This document shows, in pieces, positions 31,064-40,282 of a stretch of DNA of 64,000 nucleotides. A program made the translations under genes and the position numbers. Positions within the stretch are counted from its first letter, which is position 1, and each line of letters starts with the position of its first letter. The DNA is taken from contig OZ242011.1 in the NCBI GenBank assembly GCA_965204755.1, positions 2,400,001 through 2,464,000 on the forward strand. The letters run 5' to 3'. A model generated the notes under the pieces. The model did not search any database. It was not told the origin of the DNA and worked only from the letters and a program-made list of their open reading frames with translations. The stretch is from Candidatus Marinacidobacterium sp. Its GTDB lineage: Bacteria; Acidobacteriota; Vicinamibacteria; Marinacidobacterales; Marinacidobacteraceae.

Positions 31064-32140
31064 ATGGCTGAACCTCCGGGCCCGAAGCCCTACGGAGCCC
31101 GCTGGCGCCCGGTCGCCGATTTGCCGGCCGATGCCGAGGGATGGGGCTCGCGTGGGTATCGAGAGGCCCTCGAGGAATGGGGTGCTGTCCGCCGCGAAAT
31201 GGAAGACCGGAAGACGAACCGATACCTCCTGGACATTCGGCGGAAGGAGCGCGCTCGGGCCCTCGCCATCGAGACCGGTCAGATCGAAGGTCTCTATCTG
31301 CTGCGCCGGGGTGTGACGGAGCGATTGGTTACGGAGGGCTTCGAGAGTGTGCGGGGCGCGAACAACGTCGCCGGAGAACTCGACGACGACACGCTTCGCG
31401 GGCTTCTCGAGGACCAGCAGGAGACCCTCGAGATCGTGTGCGGCATGGCGAAGCGCGGGGCGCCACTGAGCCATACGACGATCAAGGGGCTTCACGCGAT
31501 CTTGACGCGGCGTCAGGAGACGGCGGTGGGCATTCACGGCTTGACGGGCGAGCGCGTCGAGATCCCGCTGCGGAAGGGGGACTACAAGATCCGGCCGAAC
31601 AACCCGCGCCGCCGGGACGGCCATGTCCACGAGTACTGTTCCCCGGAGCAGGTGGACTCGGAGATGGACGCGTTCCTCGCGTTCCATCGTTCGCACGCCG
31701 ATCGGGAATTGCCGACCGAAGTCGAGGCGGCGTGGATCCACCACGAGTTCGTCCGCATCCACCCGTTCCAAGACGGCAACGGCCGGATGTCCCGACTGCT
31801 CGTGGCGTATGTCTTCGCCCGGAACGAGGAGTTAATCCCGTTGATCACCGCGACCGGTCGAGGCCACTACATCGAAATGCTCGAGATCGCTGACGACGGC
31901 GACCTCCGTCCGTTCGTCAAGTATCTGGCCGACCTCGCCATGCTGAACACCCACTATGTGGCCGTGCTGGGACAGCAGATACTCAAGGGCCGCGACCGCC
32001 TGCGCCATGGAAATGGCGGTGTGACCGCGAACGGGAAGTGCTATCCGCCCCCGGAGGAACCCTCGGTCCGACTCACGGGGCGCCCGGAGTCCAGGCCATC
32101 CCGTGCGCAAGGTTCCGGGCCGACCGGCCATACCCCATGA
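31064..32140 (+). CDS. Fic family protein (paralogue 2)
   Basis: HPFQDGNGRMSR; collinear with paralogue 1. Confidence 0.92.
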   Translation: MAEPPGPKPYGARWRPVADLPADAEGWGSRGYREALEEWGAVRREMEDRKTNRYLLDIRRKERARALAIETGQIEGLYLLRRGVTERLVTEGFESVRGANNVAGELDDDTLRGLLEDQQETLEIVCGMAKRGAPLSHTTIKGLHAILTRRQETAVGIHGLTGERVEIPLRKGDYKIRPNNPRRRDGHVHEYCSPEQVDSEMDAFLAFHRSHADRELPTEVEAAWIHHEFVRIHPFQDGNGRMSRLLVAYVFARNEELIPLITATGRGHYIEMLEIADDGDLRPFVKYLADLAMLNTHYVAVLGQQILKGRDRLRHGNGGVTANGKCYPPPEEPSVRLTGRPESRPSRAQGSGPTGHTP

Positions 32141-32190
32141 CAGCGGTCGTCACCCCCGGCGCATAGGATGCCCCTTCTCCGGAGGCCCGC

Positions 32191-34305
32191 ATGATCCACC
32201 GCTTCGCCCTTCGACCCGGCCTTTTCGGCGCCGCCCTCCTCGCGGCCCTCGCCGTCGTCGTCCCGCCGGCTGCCGCCCAGACCGCGTTCACCCTCCAGCA
32301 GGTCCTCTCGGCGCCGTTCCCGACCGGACTCACCGCTTCGCGCGGCGGGGAGCGCGCCGCCTGGGTGTTCGACGAGGCCGGCGCCCGGAATGTCTGGGCC
32401 GCCGAGGCGCCGGACTTCGCCGGCCGCCGCCTCACCGACTTCGCCGGCGACGACGGCGCGACGATCCACGGCCTGACGCTGAGCCGCGACGGCTCCAAGA
32501 TCGCCTTCATCCGCGGCGACGGCCCGAACCGCGCCGGCGAACTCCCCAACCCCACCAGCGACCCCGCCGGCGTGGAACAGGCGCTGTGGGTCATCGAGGA
32601 AGGCGCCGCCCCGCGCCGGCTCACCGAGCCGGCGTCCTCGCCGCTCTTCACCGCGGACGGGGCCTCCGTGCTGTTCCTGCGCCGCGGCCAGGTCTTTCGC
32701 GTGGGCCTCGAGGACGGCGCCGAGCCGAGCCGGTTGATCCACGGGCGCGGCTCCTTCGGCAACCTGCGCCTGTCTCCCGACGGCGGACATCTCGCCCTCG
32801 TCTCGAACCGGGGCGCGCACTCCTTCGTCGGGCTCTACGACTTCGCCGCGGAGACGCTGCGTTATCTCGATCCCTCGGTGGACCGCGACGGTTTCCCGGC
32901 CTTCGCGCCCGACGGCGGCGCGCTCGCCTTCGTCCGCCGTCCGCCGGTCCTCGAGCCGTACCTGTTCGTGCCGCAGCGCGAAGGCCCGCCGTGGAGCATC
33001 CGGGTCGTCGAGTTGACCGACGACGGGGAGCCGGGCGCCGCGCGCGAGGTCTTCCGCGCCGACCCCGGCGCGGGGAGCGTCTTCTCCGGCACGGCTTCGG
33101 CCGATCAACTCCACTGGACCGACGACGGCCGTCTGCTCTTCCCGTGGGAACGCGGCGGCTACCGCCGAATCCACGCGGTATCCGCGGCGGGAGGCGGCGA
33201 GCCGGAACTGCTCACGCCCGGCGAGTTCGAAGTGGAGTACGCGGTTTCCGACGGCCGGGGCGGCCTGCTGGTCGCGACGAACCAGGACGACCTCCACCGC
33301 CGCCACCTCTGGCGGGTCGCGCCGGGCGGTCCGCCGGAGGCGCTGACCGCCGGCGCCGGGATCGAAACCCTCCCGGCAGCCGTGGACGGGGGCGTGGCGT
33401 ACCTCGGCGGCGGGGCGCGCCGTCCGCTGCAGCCCATGCTCCAACCGGACGGCGGGGAAGCGCGGCTGCTCGCCCCGGACGCTTTCCCCGACGACTTTCC
33501 GCTGGCGGCGATGGTGGAGCCGCGCCCGGTCGTCTTCCCCGCCGCGGACGGGATGTCCATACCCGGCCAATTGTTCGAACCGCCCCGCCCCGAAGACGCC
33601 GAACCCGGCCCGGGCGTCCTGTTCCTCCACGGAGGCTCCCGCCGGCAGATGCTGCTCGGCTGGCACTACATGGCCTACTACGCCAACTGCTACGCCTTCC
33701 ACCAATACCTGGCGAGCCGCGGCTACACCGTCCTGTCGGTGAACTACCGCAGCGGCACCGGCTACGGGATGGGATTCCGCGAAGCGCTGAACTACGGAGC
33801 GAGCGGCGCTTCCGAATTCGGCGATGTGCTCGGCGCCGGACGCTTCCTCGCCGACCTTCCCGGCGTGGACCAAGACCGCGTCGGGCTGTGGGGCGGCTCC
33901 TACGGCGGTTACCTCACCGCGCTCGGCCTTTCGCGGGCGTCCGACCTGTTCGCCGCCGGCGTGGACATCCACGGCGTCCACGACTGGAACCGCACGATCC
34001 AGGGCTTCATCCCGAGTTACGAACCCCGCCACCATCCGGAACAGCGGCGCCTCGCCTTCGAGTCCTCACCGCTGTCCACGGTGGACGGGTGGAAGTCGCC
34101 CGTCCTCCTCGTCCACGGCGACGACGACCGCAATGTCCCCTTCGACGAGACCGTCGAGTTGGTGGAACGCCTGCGCGACTTGGGCGTCGAACACGAGTTG
34201 CTCATCCTCCCGGACGAGGTGCACGGCTTCCTGCGCCAGGAGAGTTGGCTCCGCGTCTTCCGCGAGAGCGCCGACTTCCTGGACCGCCACCTGGCCGGCC
34301 GATGA
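32191..34305 (+). CDS. Exported S9 family peptidase
   Basis: Signal peptide; GGSYGG nucleophile; HGDDDRNV; DEVHGF. Confidence 0.92.
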   Translation: MIHRFALRPGLFGAALLAALAVVVPPAAAQTAFTLQQVLSAPFPTGLTASRGGERAAWVFDEAGARNVWAAEAPDFAGRRLTDFAGDDGATIHGLTLSRDGSKIAFIRGDGPNRAGELPNPTSDPAGVEQALWVIEEGAAPRRLTEPASSPLFTADGASVLFLRRGQVFRVGLEDGAEPSRLIHGRGSFGNLRLSPDGGHLALVSNRGAHSFVGLYDFAAETLRYLDPSVDRDGFPAFAPDGGALAFVRRPPVLEPYLFVPQREGPPWSIRVVELTDDGEPGAAREVFRADPGAGSVFSGTASADQLHWTDDGRLLFPWERGGYRRIHAVSAAGGGEPELLTPGEFEVEYAVSDGRGGLLVATNQDDLHRRHLWRVAPGGPPEALTAGAGIETLPAAVDGGVAYLGGGARRPLQPMLQPDGGEARLLAPDAFPDDFPLAAMVEPRPVVFPAADGMSIPGQLFEPPRPEDAEPGPGVLFLHGGSRRQMLLGWHYMAYYANCYAFHQYLASRGYTVLSVNYRSGTGYGMGFREALNYGASGASEFGDVLGAGRFLADLPGVDQDRVGLWGGSYGGYLTALGLSRASDLFAAGVDIHGVHDWNRTIQGFIPSYEPRHHPEQRRLAFESSPLSTVDGWKSPVLLVHGDDDRNVPFDETVELVERLRDLGVEHELLILPDEVHGFLRQESWLRVFRESADFLDRHLAGR

Positions 34306-34384
34306 GAGCCGGTTCGCTTTCCCGCAGGAAAGACTTGCCGCCGGCGCAGTCTCGTGTCGGGCGCCGTCTCAAGGGGGACGCCAA

Positions 34385-34705
34385 ATGAACGAAACCCATG
34401 CCCGAGCCGTCGTAGCCGGCAAGAAGGCCGGCGAGGACTTCTCCGCGGCGGCGTGGATGGTCGGCGGCGTCTTCCTCGGTCTGATCATGCCGCTCATCTC
34501 CCATGCCATGAGAAAGCCGGAGCCGCCGGCGACGCTCCTGGTCTCGATGTCCGGGGACGACCGCCTGCTCTTCGCCGACGCCTACGGCGATGCGGCCAAG
34601 TCCAAGCGCAACCGATTCTCGTGGATCGGGACGGGTATCTCCTTCGTGCTGTTCTTCACGCTCTCGAACTGCGGCGCCTGCCTCGCCGCGATGGGTACCG
34701 TCTGA
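34385..34705 (+). CDS. Small membrane protein
   Basis: Purine-rich AAGGGGG before ATG 34385; two TM segments. Confidence 0.55.
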   Translation: MNETHARAVVAGKKAGEDFSAAAWMVGGVFLGLIMPLISHAMRKPEPPATLLVSMSGDDRLLFADAYGDAAKSKRNRFSWIGTGISFVLFFTLSNCGACLAAMGTV

Positions 34706-34739
34706 GGTAGAGGGGATCCGCCGCTCACGGAGGTGGTCG

Positions 34740-36398
34740 TCAGCCACCACCCAAGCGGTGTTCTCGTAGGCGCTCCACACCCAGTTCGTCGAGGAGGCGC
34801 CGCGTGAGCGCCTGCTCCCGGTCGTCCGCGAGCCGGTCCACCATGTCGTCGAAGAGTTCCCGCTTTCCTTCCAGGATGCGTTCCAAGCCCTCCTCGACTG
34901 TATCCCGGCAGACGAAGCGGTATTCGCGCACCGACCGAGTTTGGCCGATCCGGTGGACCCGGTCGCGCGCCTGGTTGTTCGTGGACGGGTTCCACCACTG
35001 GTTGAACAGGAATACATGGTTCGCCTCGGTGAGCGTCAAGCCTTCGCCGCCGATGCGTGTCGAGGCGAGCAGCGCGGTCGTCCGTTCGTCCGCGCGAAAC
35101 CGTTGGAGGGCGCGCTCGCGTTCGTCGGCGTCCATTTCACCGACGAACAACAAACCGGCGCTCTCGCCCCAGCGTTCCGTCATCCGCCGGCGGAGTTCGT
35201 GGAGAGGTTTCAGCCGGTGGGAAAAGACGACGGCTTTCTCTCCTTCGTCGCGGATGCCGGCGAGCCGCCCCAGGATTCGATCTCCCTTGCTGCTCTCGTT
35301 GGTGTCCGGATCGAGATCGCAGACCGTGAGGAGCCGCGTGAGCAGCGCCAGTTCTTCACCGGGCGAGCGGTGCTCCCGCAGCGCGCTCCGGTAGGCGCGT
35401 TCCTGTCCGGCGGAGAGTTCCAGGTGTTCCGTCGTCTCGCGACGAGGGGGGAGTTGATCCAGGACTTCCCGTTTCCGCCGTCGCAACATGAACTCCCGCG
35501 CCCGGCTGCGGAGCGAGGCCGGGAGTCGCGCGTCCGATGGCGAGAACCGGGTTGGCTGGACGAGTGCGAGCAGCGTCGCCAAGTCGTCCGGAGCCCGCTC
35601 CAGCGGCGTGCCGCTGATCGCCCAGAACCGCTTGGGCCGCAACCGCGCCAGGCCGCCGGTGACCTTCACGCCCTGCTTGCGCAGTCGGTGCGCTTCGTCG
35701 GCGACGATCACTTCCGGTGGGTTGCCGACCAGCGCTTCCGGCGTCGTCCGCAGGTGTTCGTAGTTGGTCAAGAGCACATGCCGCCGTCCGGCGACCGCCC
35801 GCCACGCATCCTCCCGAATGGATCGGGGCGGGTTCAGGACGGCGACGCCGAGTTCCGGCGCCCACTTTTCGAATTCGTTCTCCCAGGTCGGGATGAGGCC
35901 CTTCGGGCAGACGACGACGACCGTGCGGATCGTCCCCCCATTGAACAGCAGACGGAGAGCGGTGATGACTTGGACGGTCTTCCCCAGCCCCATGTCATCG
36001 GCGAGGATGGCGCCGGTTCGCTCGACGAGCCATTCCACCCCGTCGCGCTGAAAGGGATAGAGACTCTCCATCTCCGGGGGATCGCAGAGCACCGGCAGTA
36101 CCAACTCCCCTACTCCGAGCCGGAGTCGGCGGTATTCCGCCAACTTCGGCCGCATCGCGCGTCCGGAACGGATCGCCCGGTCGGCGGAGACGACGACGCG
36201 CACCTGTTCGCCGTTCTCGACGAGCCGGCGTTGTTGCGCGTCGAGCGAAAGAGCCCACTCGGACGCCACCCTCAACCGCTCGGCGACCGTGGAGGCGTCG
36301 TGGATCGGTGGCGCGGAGGACAGGAACCGGAAGACGACCCCGCCGGAAACCGCATCCACCGGTTGGGATCGAGGCCGGTCGGCGCTCCGCGCCGGCAT
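34740..36398 (-). CDS. Minimal SNF2/SWI2-family ATPase
   Basis: LADDMGLGKT, DEAH, SGTP, GEGLTL, WWNP..QARDRVHRIGQ. Confidence 0.92.
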   Translation of the reverse strand: MPARSADRPRSQPVDAVSGGVVFRFLSSAPPIHDASTVAERLRVASEWALSLDAQQRRLVENGEQVRVVVSADRAIRSGRAMRPKLAEYRRLRLGVGELVLPVLCDPPEMESLYPFQRDGVEWLVERTGAILADDMGLGKTVQVITALRLLFNGGTIRTVVVVCPKGLIPTWENEFEKWAPELGVAVLNPPRSIREDAWRAVAGRRHVLLTNYEHLRTTPEALVGNPPEVIVADEAHRLRKQGVKVTGGLARLRPKRFWAISGTPLERAPDDLATLLALVQPTRFSPSDARLPASLRSRAREFMLRRRKREVLDQLPPRRETTEHLELSAGQERAYRSALREHRSPGEELALLTRLLTVCDLDPDTNESSKGDRILGRLAGIRDEGEKAVVFSHRLKPLHELRRRMTERWGESAGLLFVGEMDADERERALQRFRADERTTALLASTRIGGEGLTLTEANHVFLFNQWWNPSTNNQARDRVHRIGQTRSVREYRFVCRDTVEEGLERILEGKRELFDDMVDRLADDREQALTRRLLDELGVERLREHRLGGG

Positions 36399-36407
36399 CG
36401 GTGATCC

Positions 36408-37766
36408 CTACGATCCGGCGCCGACGGCCGCGGAGCGGGCGGCAGTGACCCGCTCCCACATGCGCTTGATCTCGTCGTTCGTGGCCGGCGGATAGAGGAA
36501 ACTCGACCAGCGATCGCGGAGATCCTTCTCTTCTTGCTCGGTCAACGGATCGAGGCCCGACATCCAGCGGAACAATTCCTCGGCCCCGTCCACGGCCTTC
36601 GTGCGATCCTCGCTGCGCATTCGCAGTTTCCCGGTCTTCGGGTCCTCGACGAGGAAATAGTTCCGCCACGGCGGGCCGTGGAGGTCCCAGGGCATGGAGG
36701 CCAAGGGACGGAGCGCCTGCACCATCGCCTGGTCGTCGCCGACCGGGTCCAGGTCACACCGATCCAGGAGCGATCGCGCCACTCGCGCCAACACTTCCTG
36801 CCCCACCGGCCAGAACGCGAGGTGGTCCGCGTACTTCTCGGGCTCCGCCTTCGGAATCTCGTGGGCGCGCATCAGTTCCGGTTCGCTGCGAAGCACCGGA
36901 AGGGCCTCGATGAGCGCCGACCAGATCCGGGAGATCTGGTCGTTGTAGGCGGCGATCTCGGTGTCTTCCGGTCGGAATTGCAAGAAGACCTTCAGATCCC
37001 TCGGCCTCCCGAGTTTCTGCCGCCGCGTGACGCCCATGAGCAGGACGCGGTTCATGTAGTAGAGCGTCTGGAGACTCGTGAAGTACTGCTGGCCCGAGCG
37101 CAGGTTCTTTCCGCTCGTCAGCACGCGAAAGGACTCCTTGTGCGGCAGGGGCACGCGGAAGAACTCGTGGTCGGAGATCAGCGCACGGGTCGCGATCGCG
37201 AACACATCGTCTTCGTCCATGATGATGTTCGTGTCGGGGTCCGTCGGCTTCGCGTAGCGGTTCAGGCTGGAGAACAGCCGCCGATACCGTTGAATCCAGA
37301 GCGACTTGTCCCGTTCCTCGGACGGGTCGGGCCGAGGCACGACGATCACCGAGATCTGCTCGTTGGCGAAGTCGGGCGGGGCGCCGGCCGGATCTTCGAG
37401 GAGTTCCTGGATGGAAGTCAGCCGGTGCTGGCCGTCGAGAGCGTAGTAGCGGGGATCCTTCTGGAAGGTCAGTTCGCCGAAGGTCTCGGCGAACCGGGAC
37501 TCCACCGGCGTCCAGGTCGGGTTCCCCCCGATCGCGGCGACGACCAGCGAGGAGTAGAAGCGGTCGGGCCGGCGGGAAAGGAACTTGACGAGTTCGTTCT
37601 TGACCCGCGACTCCTTCACCGCGCGCTGGATCGCGTCGCTCAGCGTCTCGTCGGTCCACAACTCGCTCGCGAGGTCCACTTCGCGAGCGACCTCCCGCAT
37701 GGTCATGCGGGCGATGTAGTAAGTCCAGTCGCCCATCCGGGCGCGCATGGCGGGATAGACCTGCAT
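36408..37766 (-). CDS. DGQHR-domain (DndB-like) protein
   Basis: AGGAGG RBS; YPAMRARMGDWTYY, IQR, LDGQHRL, RRLFSSLNRYAKP. Confidence 0.88.
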   Translation of the reverse strand: MQVYPAMRARMGDWTYYIARMTMREVAREVDLASELWTDETLSDAIQRAVKESRVKNELVKFLSRRPDRFYSSLVVAAIGGNPTWTPVESRFAETFGELTFQKDPRYYALDGQHRLTSIQELLEDPAGAPPDFANEQISVIVVPRPDPSEERDKSLWIQRYRRLFSSLNRYAKPTDPDTNIIMDEDDVFAIATRALISDHEFFRVPLPHKESFRVLTSGKNLRSGQQYFTSLQTLYYMNRVLLMGVTRRQKLGRPRDLKVFLQFRPEDTEIAAYNDQISRIWSALIEALPVLRSEPELMRAHEIPKAEPEKYADHLAFWPVGQEVLARVARSLLDRCDLDPVGDDQAMVQALRPLASMPWDLHGPPWRNYFLVEDPKTGKLRMRSEDRTKAVDGAEELFRWMSGLDPLTEQEEKDLRDRWSSFLYPPATNDEIKRMWERVTAARSAAVGAGS

Positions 37767-37789
37767 CGGTGTGTCCTCCTGGCTGCGGC

Positions 37790-39637
37790 TCAGCAGCCGC
37801 GGTGTTCTTTCTTGATTCGATCGAGCGCTTGACGCAGCCGCCGGATGTCGCGGGCGGCCTCCTTGCGGGCCTTCCTGTTGACGGCATCGGTCAGGGGCTT
37901 TCCGCCCTCGGGGAACTCTTCCTTGAGTCCCGGGCGAATCTGCTTCTTGTACCCCCGAAGGACGGTGTTCTCCAGAGTCTCCAGCAGCGTCTCCCGCCAG
38001 CCCTCCCAGTCCGTCGTCCAAGTCTTCGGCCACGGGCCGCCGTAGGCTGCGACCAGCAACTCCAGGTAGGCGCCCAGAGCGTCCGGGACCTGCGAGAAAC
38101 GGTAGTTGACGATGGTGTCGTTGTGATCTTCCGCGATGTGCAGCAGTTCGCGTCGTCCCTGTTTGAGCCAACCCGCGTCGAACAGTCCATTCAGGCCGAT
38201 GGCGAACCGCTTCCCGTACTTCGACCAGTCGGGGTTGTCGAACCGTTCCCGGAGCGCGCCGAAGGCGGCCATGACGCCTCTCATGCCGATATCGAGGCCG
38301 ATCGGTCCGGTGAGATGTTCCTTCTTGAGTTCCTCGATTCGGCCCCGGATGGTGTGGAGTTCCTTCCCTACGGCCTCCTTGATGGGATCATCCGCTCGGT
38401 TGCTGCCGAATCGCAGTTCTTCGAAGGCATGGCTCGCCAGGTCGGACTTCGCGTCGTCGCGGTAGTCCCGCTCGAGTTCGCGGAGTCCCTTCACATAGGA
38501 GGCGAAGGGACGGAAGGTCTGCAGGATGTGCTCGATAGCCGGAAGGATCCGCTTTCGAAAACGCTCCCGCAGCCGTTCACTGTCCGCGTGATTCAGCTTC
38601 TGGACGCCCGTGTTCCGGACGCTCGTGAAGGCGCGGTGGAGTGGATCCGGGGGCACGATTCCGAGGGCCGTTCGCGCCTGCTGGGAGAACTCGTCGACTT
38701 CGCCGTCGTTCTTGAACTCGCATCCGAGGATGTAGTAGCGCAGCCAGTCGCGAAGTTCCTCGACACTCTTGACGGCGGCCGGAGCGGCAACGCGTCGCCC
38801 CAAGCGCTCCTTCCCGGTCCAGTCGTAGAACAGCAGGGGTACGCGGTCGGGGTCTCGCCCCGCCAGCGGGCGGAGGTCGTTCTGGTGCGACCGTTCCAAG
38901 ATCTCCTGCGTGCAGATCGCAGATGGACTCTCGTCGGAGAGGAGGATCTGGCGGGCGACGCTGACGACCTGCGCCGTGGTGTTGATGTACACGAAGATCT
39001 TCCGCACGACATCGACGAGCCGAGGAAGGTTCTTCGCGCTGCCTTGAGAGCGGAAGGTGACGATGACCGCCGGAATACGCCACTGGCGCAATTGCCTGTA
39101 CCCAGACCTCCACATCCTCTTGAGGGCCGACAGTCGGTGTTGGCCGTCGACCGCGACCAGCCGGGTACGGGCGTCGCTCCACTCCAGGACTCCGTACTCG
39201 AAATGGCCCTCCATCCAGCGGACTCGGTAGTGGTCACCGTGGGTCAGGCAGTGCCACGGGGCCTCGCCTTCTCCGGAGATCCGCTGTTTCCGTTTGGTCA
39301 GCCGAGGCATCGCGGCGACGATGGAGCCGGCGCCCGTGGAAACGGGAAGGAGCGTCAGGGTGAGCGGATTGAAGAAGCGGACCTTGTCTTCGGATTCCAA
39401 GTACGGAATGAGGTTGTGCGTGACTCGTTCGAGGTCCACATCCCGCTGGAAGAGGTCCCGGACCGGCCACTGTTCCGATCCCTCGATGTCACTGACGAGC
39501 GAGATGTGATCGAGTTGGGCGGGATCGAGAGCGGTCTGGAGGTAGAGGGCGCTCACGCCGGAGCCGGCGCCGAATTCGCCGTACGCGCCGGCGAGTCGTT
39601 GGTTGAAGAGATGGTCCTTGACGGGAGGGGGAGGCAT
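37790..39637 (-). CDS. Large DGQHR-domain protein (615 aa)
   Basis: LFQRDVD, FFNPLT, VDGQHRL, RKIFVYINTTA; long helical C-terminal region. Confidence 0.85.
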   Translation of the reverse strand: MPPPPVKDHLFNQRLAGAYGEFGAGSGVSALYLQTALDPAQLDHISLVSDIEGSEQWPVRDLFQRDVDLERVTHNLIPYLESEDKVRFFNPLTLTLLPVSTGAGSIVAAMPRLTKRKQRISGEGEAPWHCLTHGDHYRVRWMEGHFEYGVLEWSDARTRLVAVDGQHRLSALKRMWRSGYRQLRQWRIPAVIVTFRSQGSAKNLPRLVDVVRKIFVYINTTAQVVSVARQILLSDESPSAICTQEILERSHQNDLRPLAGRDPDRVPLLFYDWTGKERLGRRVAAPAAVKSVEELRDWLRYYILGCEFKNDGEVDEFSQQARTALGIVPPDPLHRAFTSVRNTGVQKLNHADSERLRERFRKRILPAIEHILQTFRPFASYVKGLRELERDYRDDAKSDLASHAFEELRFGSNRADDPIKEAVGKELHTIRGRIEELKKEHLTGPIGLDIGMRGVMAAFGALRERFDNPDWSKYGKRFAIGLNGLFDAGWLKQGRRELLHIAEDHNDTIVNYRFSQVPDALGAYLELLVAAYGGPWPKTWTTDWEGWRETLLETLENTVLRGYKKQIRPGLKEEFPEGGKPLTDAVNRKARKEAARDIRRLRQALDRIKKEHRGC

Positions 39638-39649
39638 GAGCGGTTGGTG

Positions 39650-40282
39650 TCAGTGGATGCTGAAGGGTGGCCGGCAGGCGTTCATGAGGATGTGCTCGAT
39701 GAGGCCGGTCAGTGCTTCGTCGTCGATGCGACCGAGGTCTTGGCGGACGGACTTCTCGGTCCGGAGACAGGCGAAGAGGAGGTCGGACACGGGAAGGGAG
39801 ATTCCGAGTTCCTCCGTGTGACGGGTGAAGCGGCGGTGGAAGTTGCCGTTGGAGTTCCTGACATGCTCCGAGTATCGGCGCTTCAGGCAGTTCGTTCGGC
39901 CCACATACAGCGGGGGCATGAGCAAACTGGCTTCGAGAAGCAGGCGCTGCAGTGCGGTTCTCGTCTTCGACACCGACACGAGGCGCTTCCAAGTCTCCTC
40001 CGCGTCGCTACTCGTGTGGACGCGTTCGGTCCGACTGACGAGGAGATCGACGGACTGCCAGGTGAACTTCGCCGGAACCCGCCGCTCCGTCGGGTCGTCG
40101 TAACTGCGCAGATCGCGAACGATCTGCATCAACTTGGGGAGATCCCGGTCGTAGATCCAGAGCGGGACGAACCAGGCGTAGCAGCCAGGTTCTTCCGGGA
40201 TCTTGTGGGAGGTCTCGCTCGTGTAGAACGCGAGGCGGCCGTCGGCGCTCCGGAGGTCGCGGAAAACGCTGAGGTCGGTCAC
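39650..40282 (-). CDS. Putative GIY-YIG nuclease with long insert between motif halves
   Basis: GTG overlaps the desulfurase stop. IPEEPGCYAW ... PLYVGRTNCLKRRYSEH ... IEHILM..RPPF. Confidence 0.65.
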   Translation of the reverse strand: MTDLSVFRDLRSADGRLAFYTSETSHKIPEEPGCYAWFVPLWIYDRDLPKLMQIVRDLRSYDDPTERRVPAKFTWQSVDLLVSRTERVHTSSDAEETWKRLVSVSKTRTALQRLLLEASLLMPPLYVGRTNCLKRRYSEHVRNSNGNFHRRFTRHTEELGISLPVSDLLFACLRTEKSVRQDLGRIDDEALTGLIEHILMNACRPPFSIH

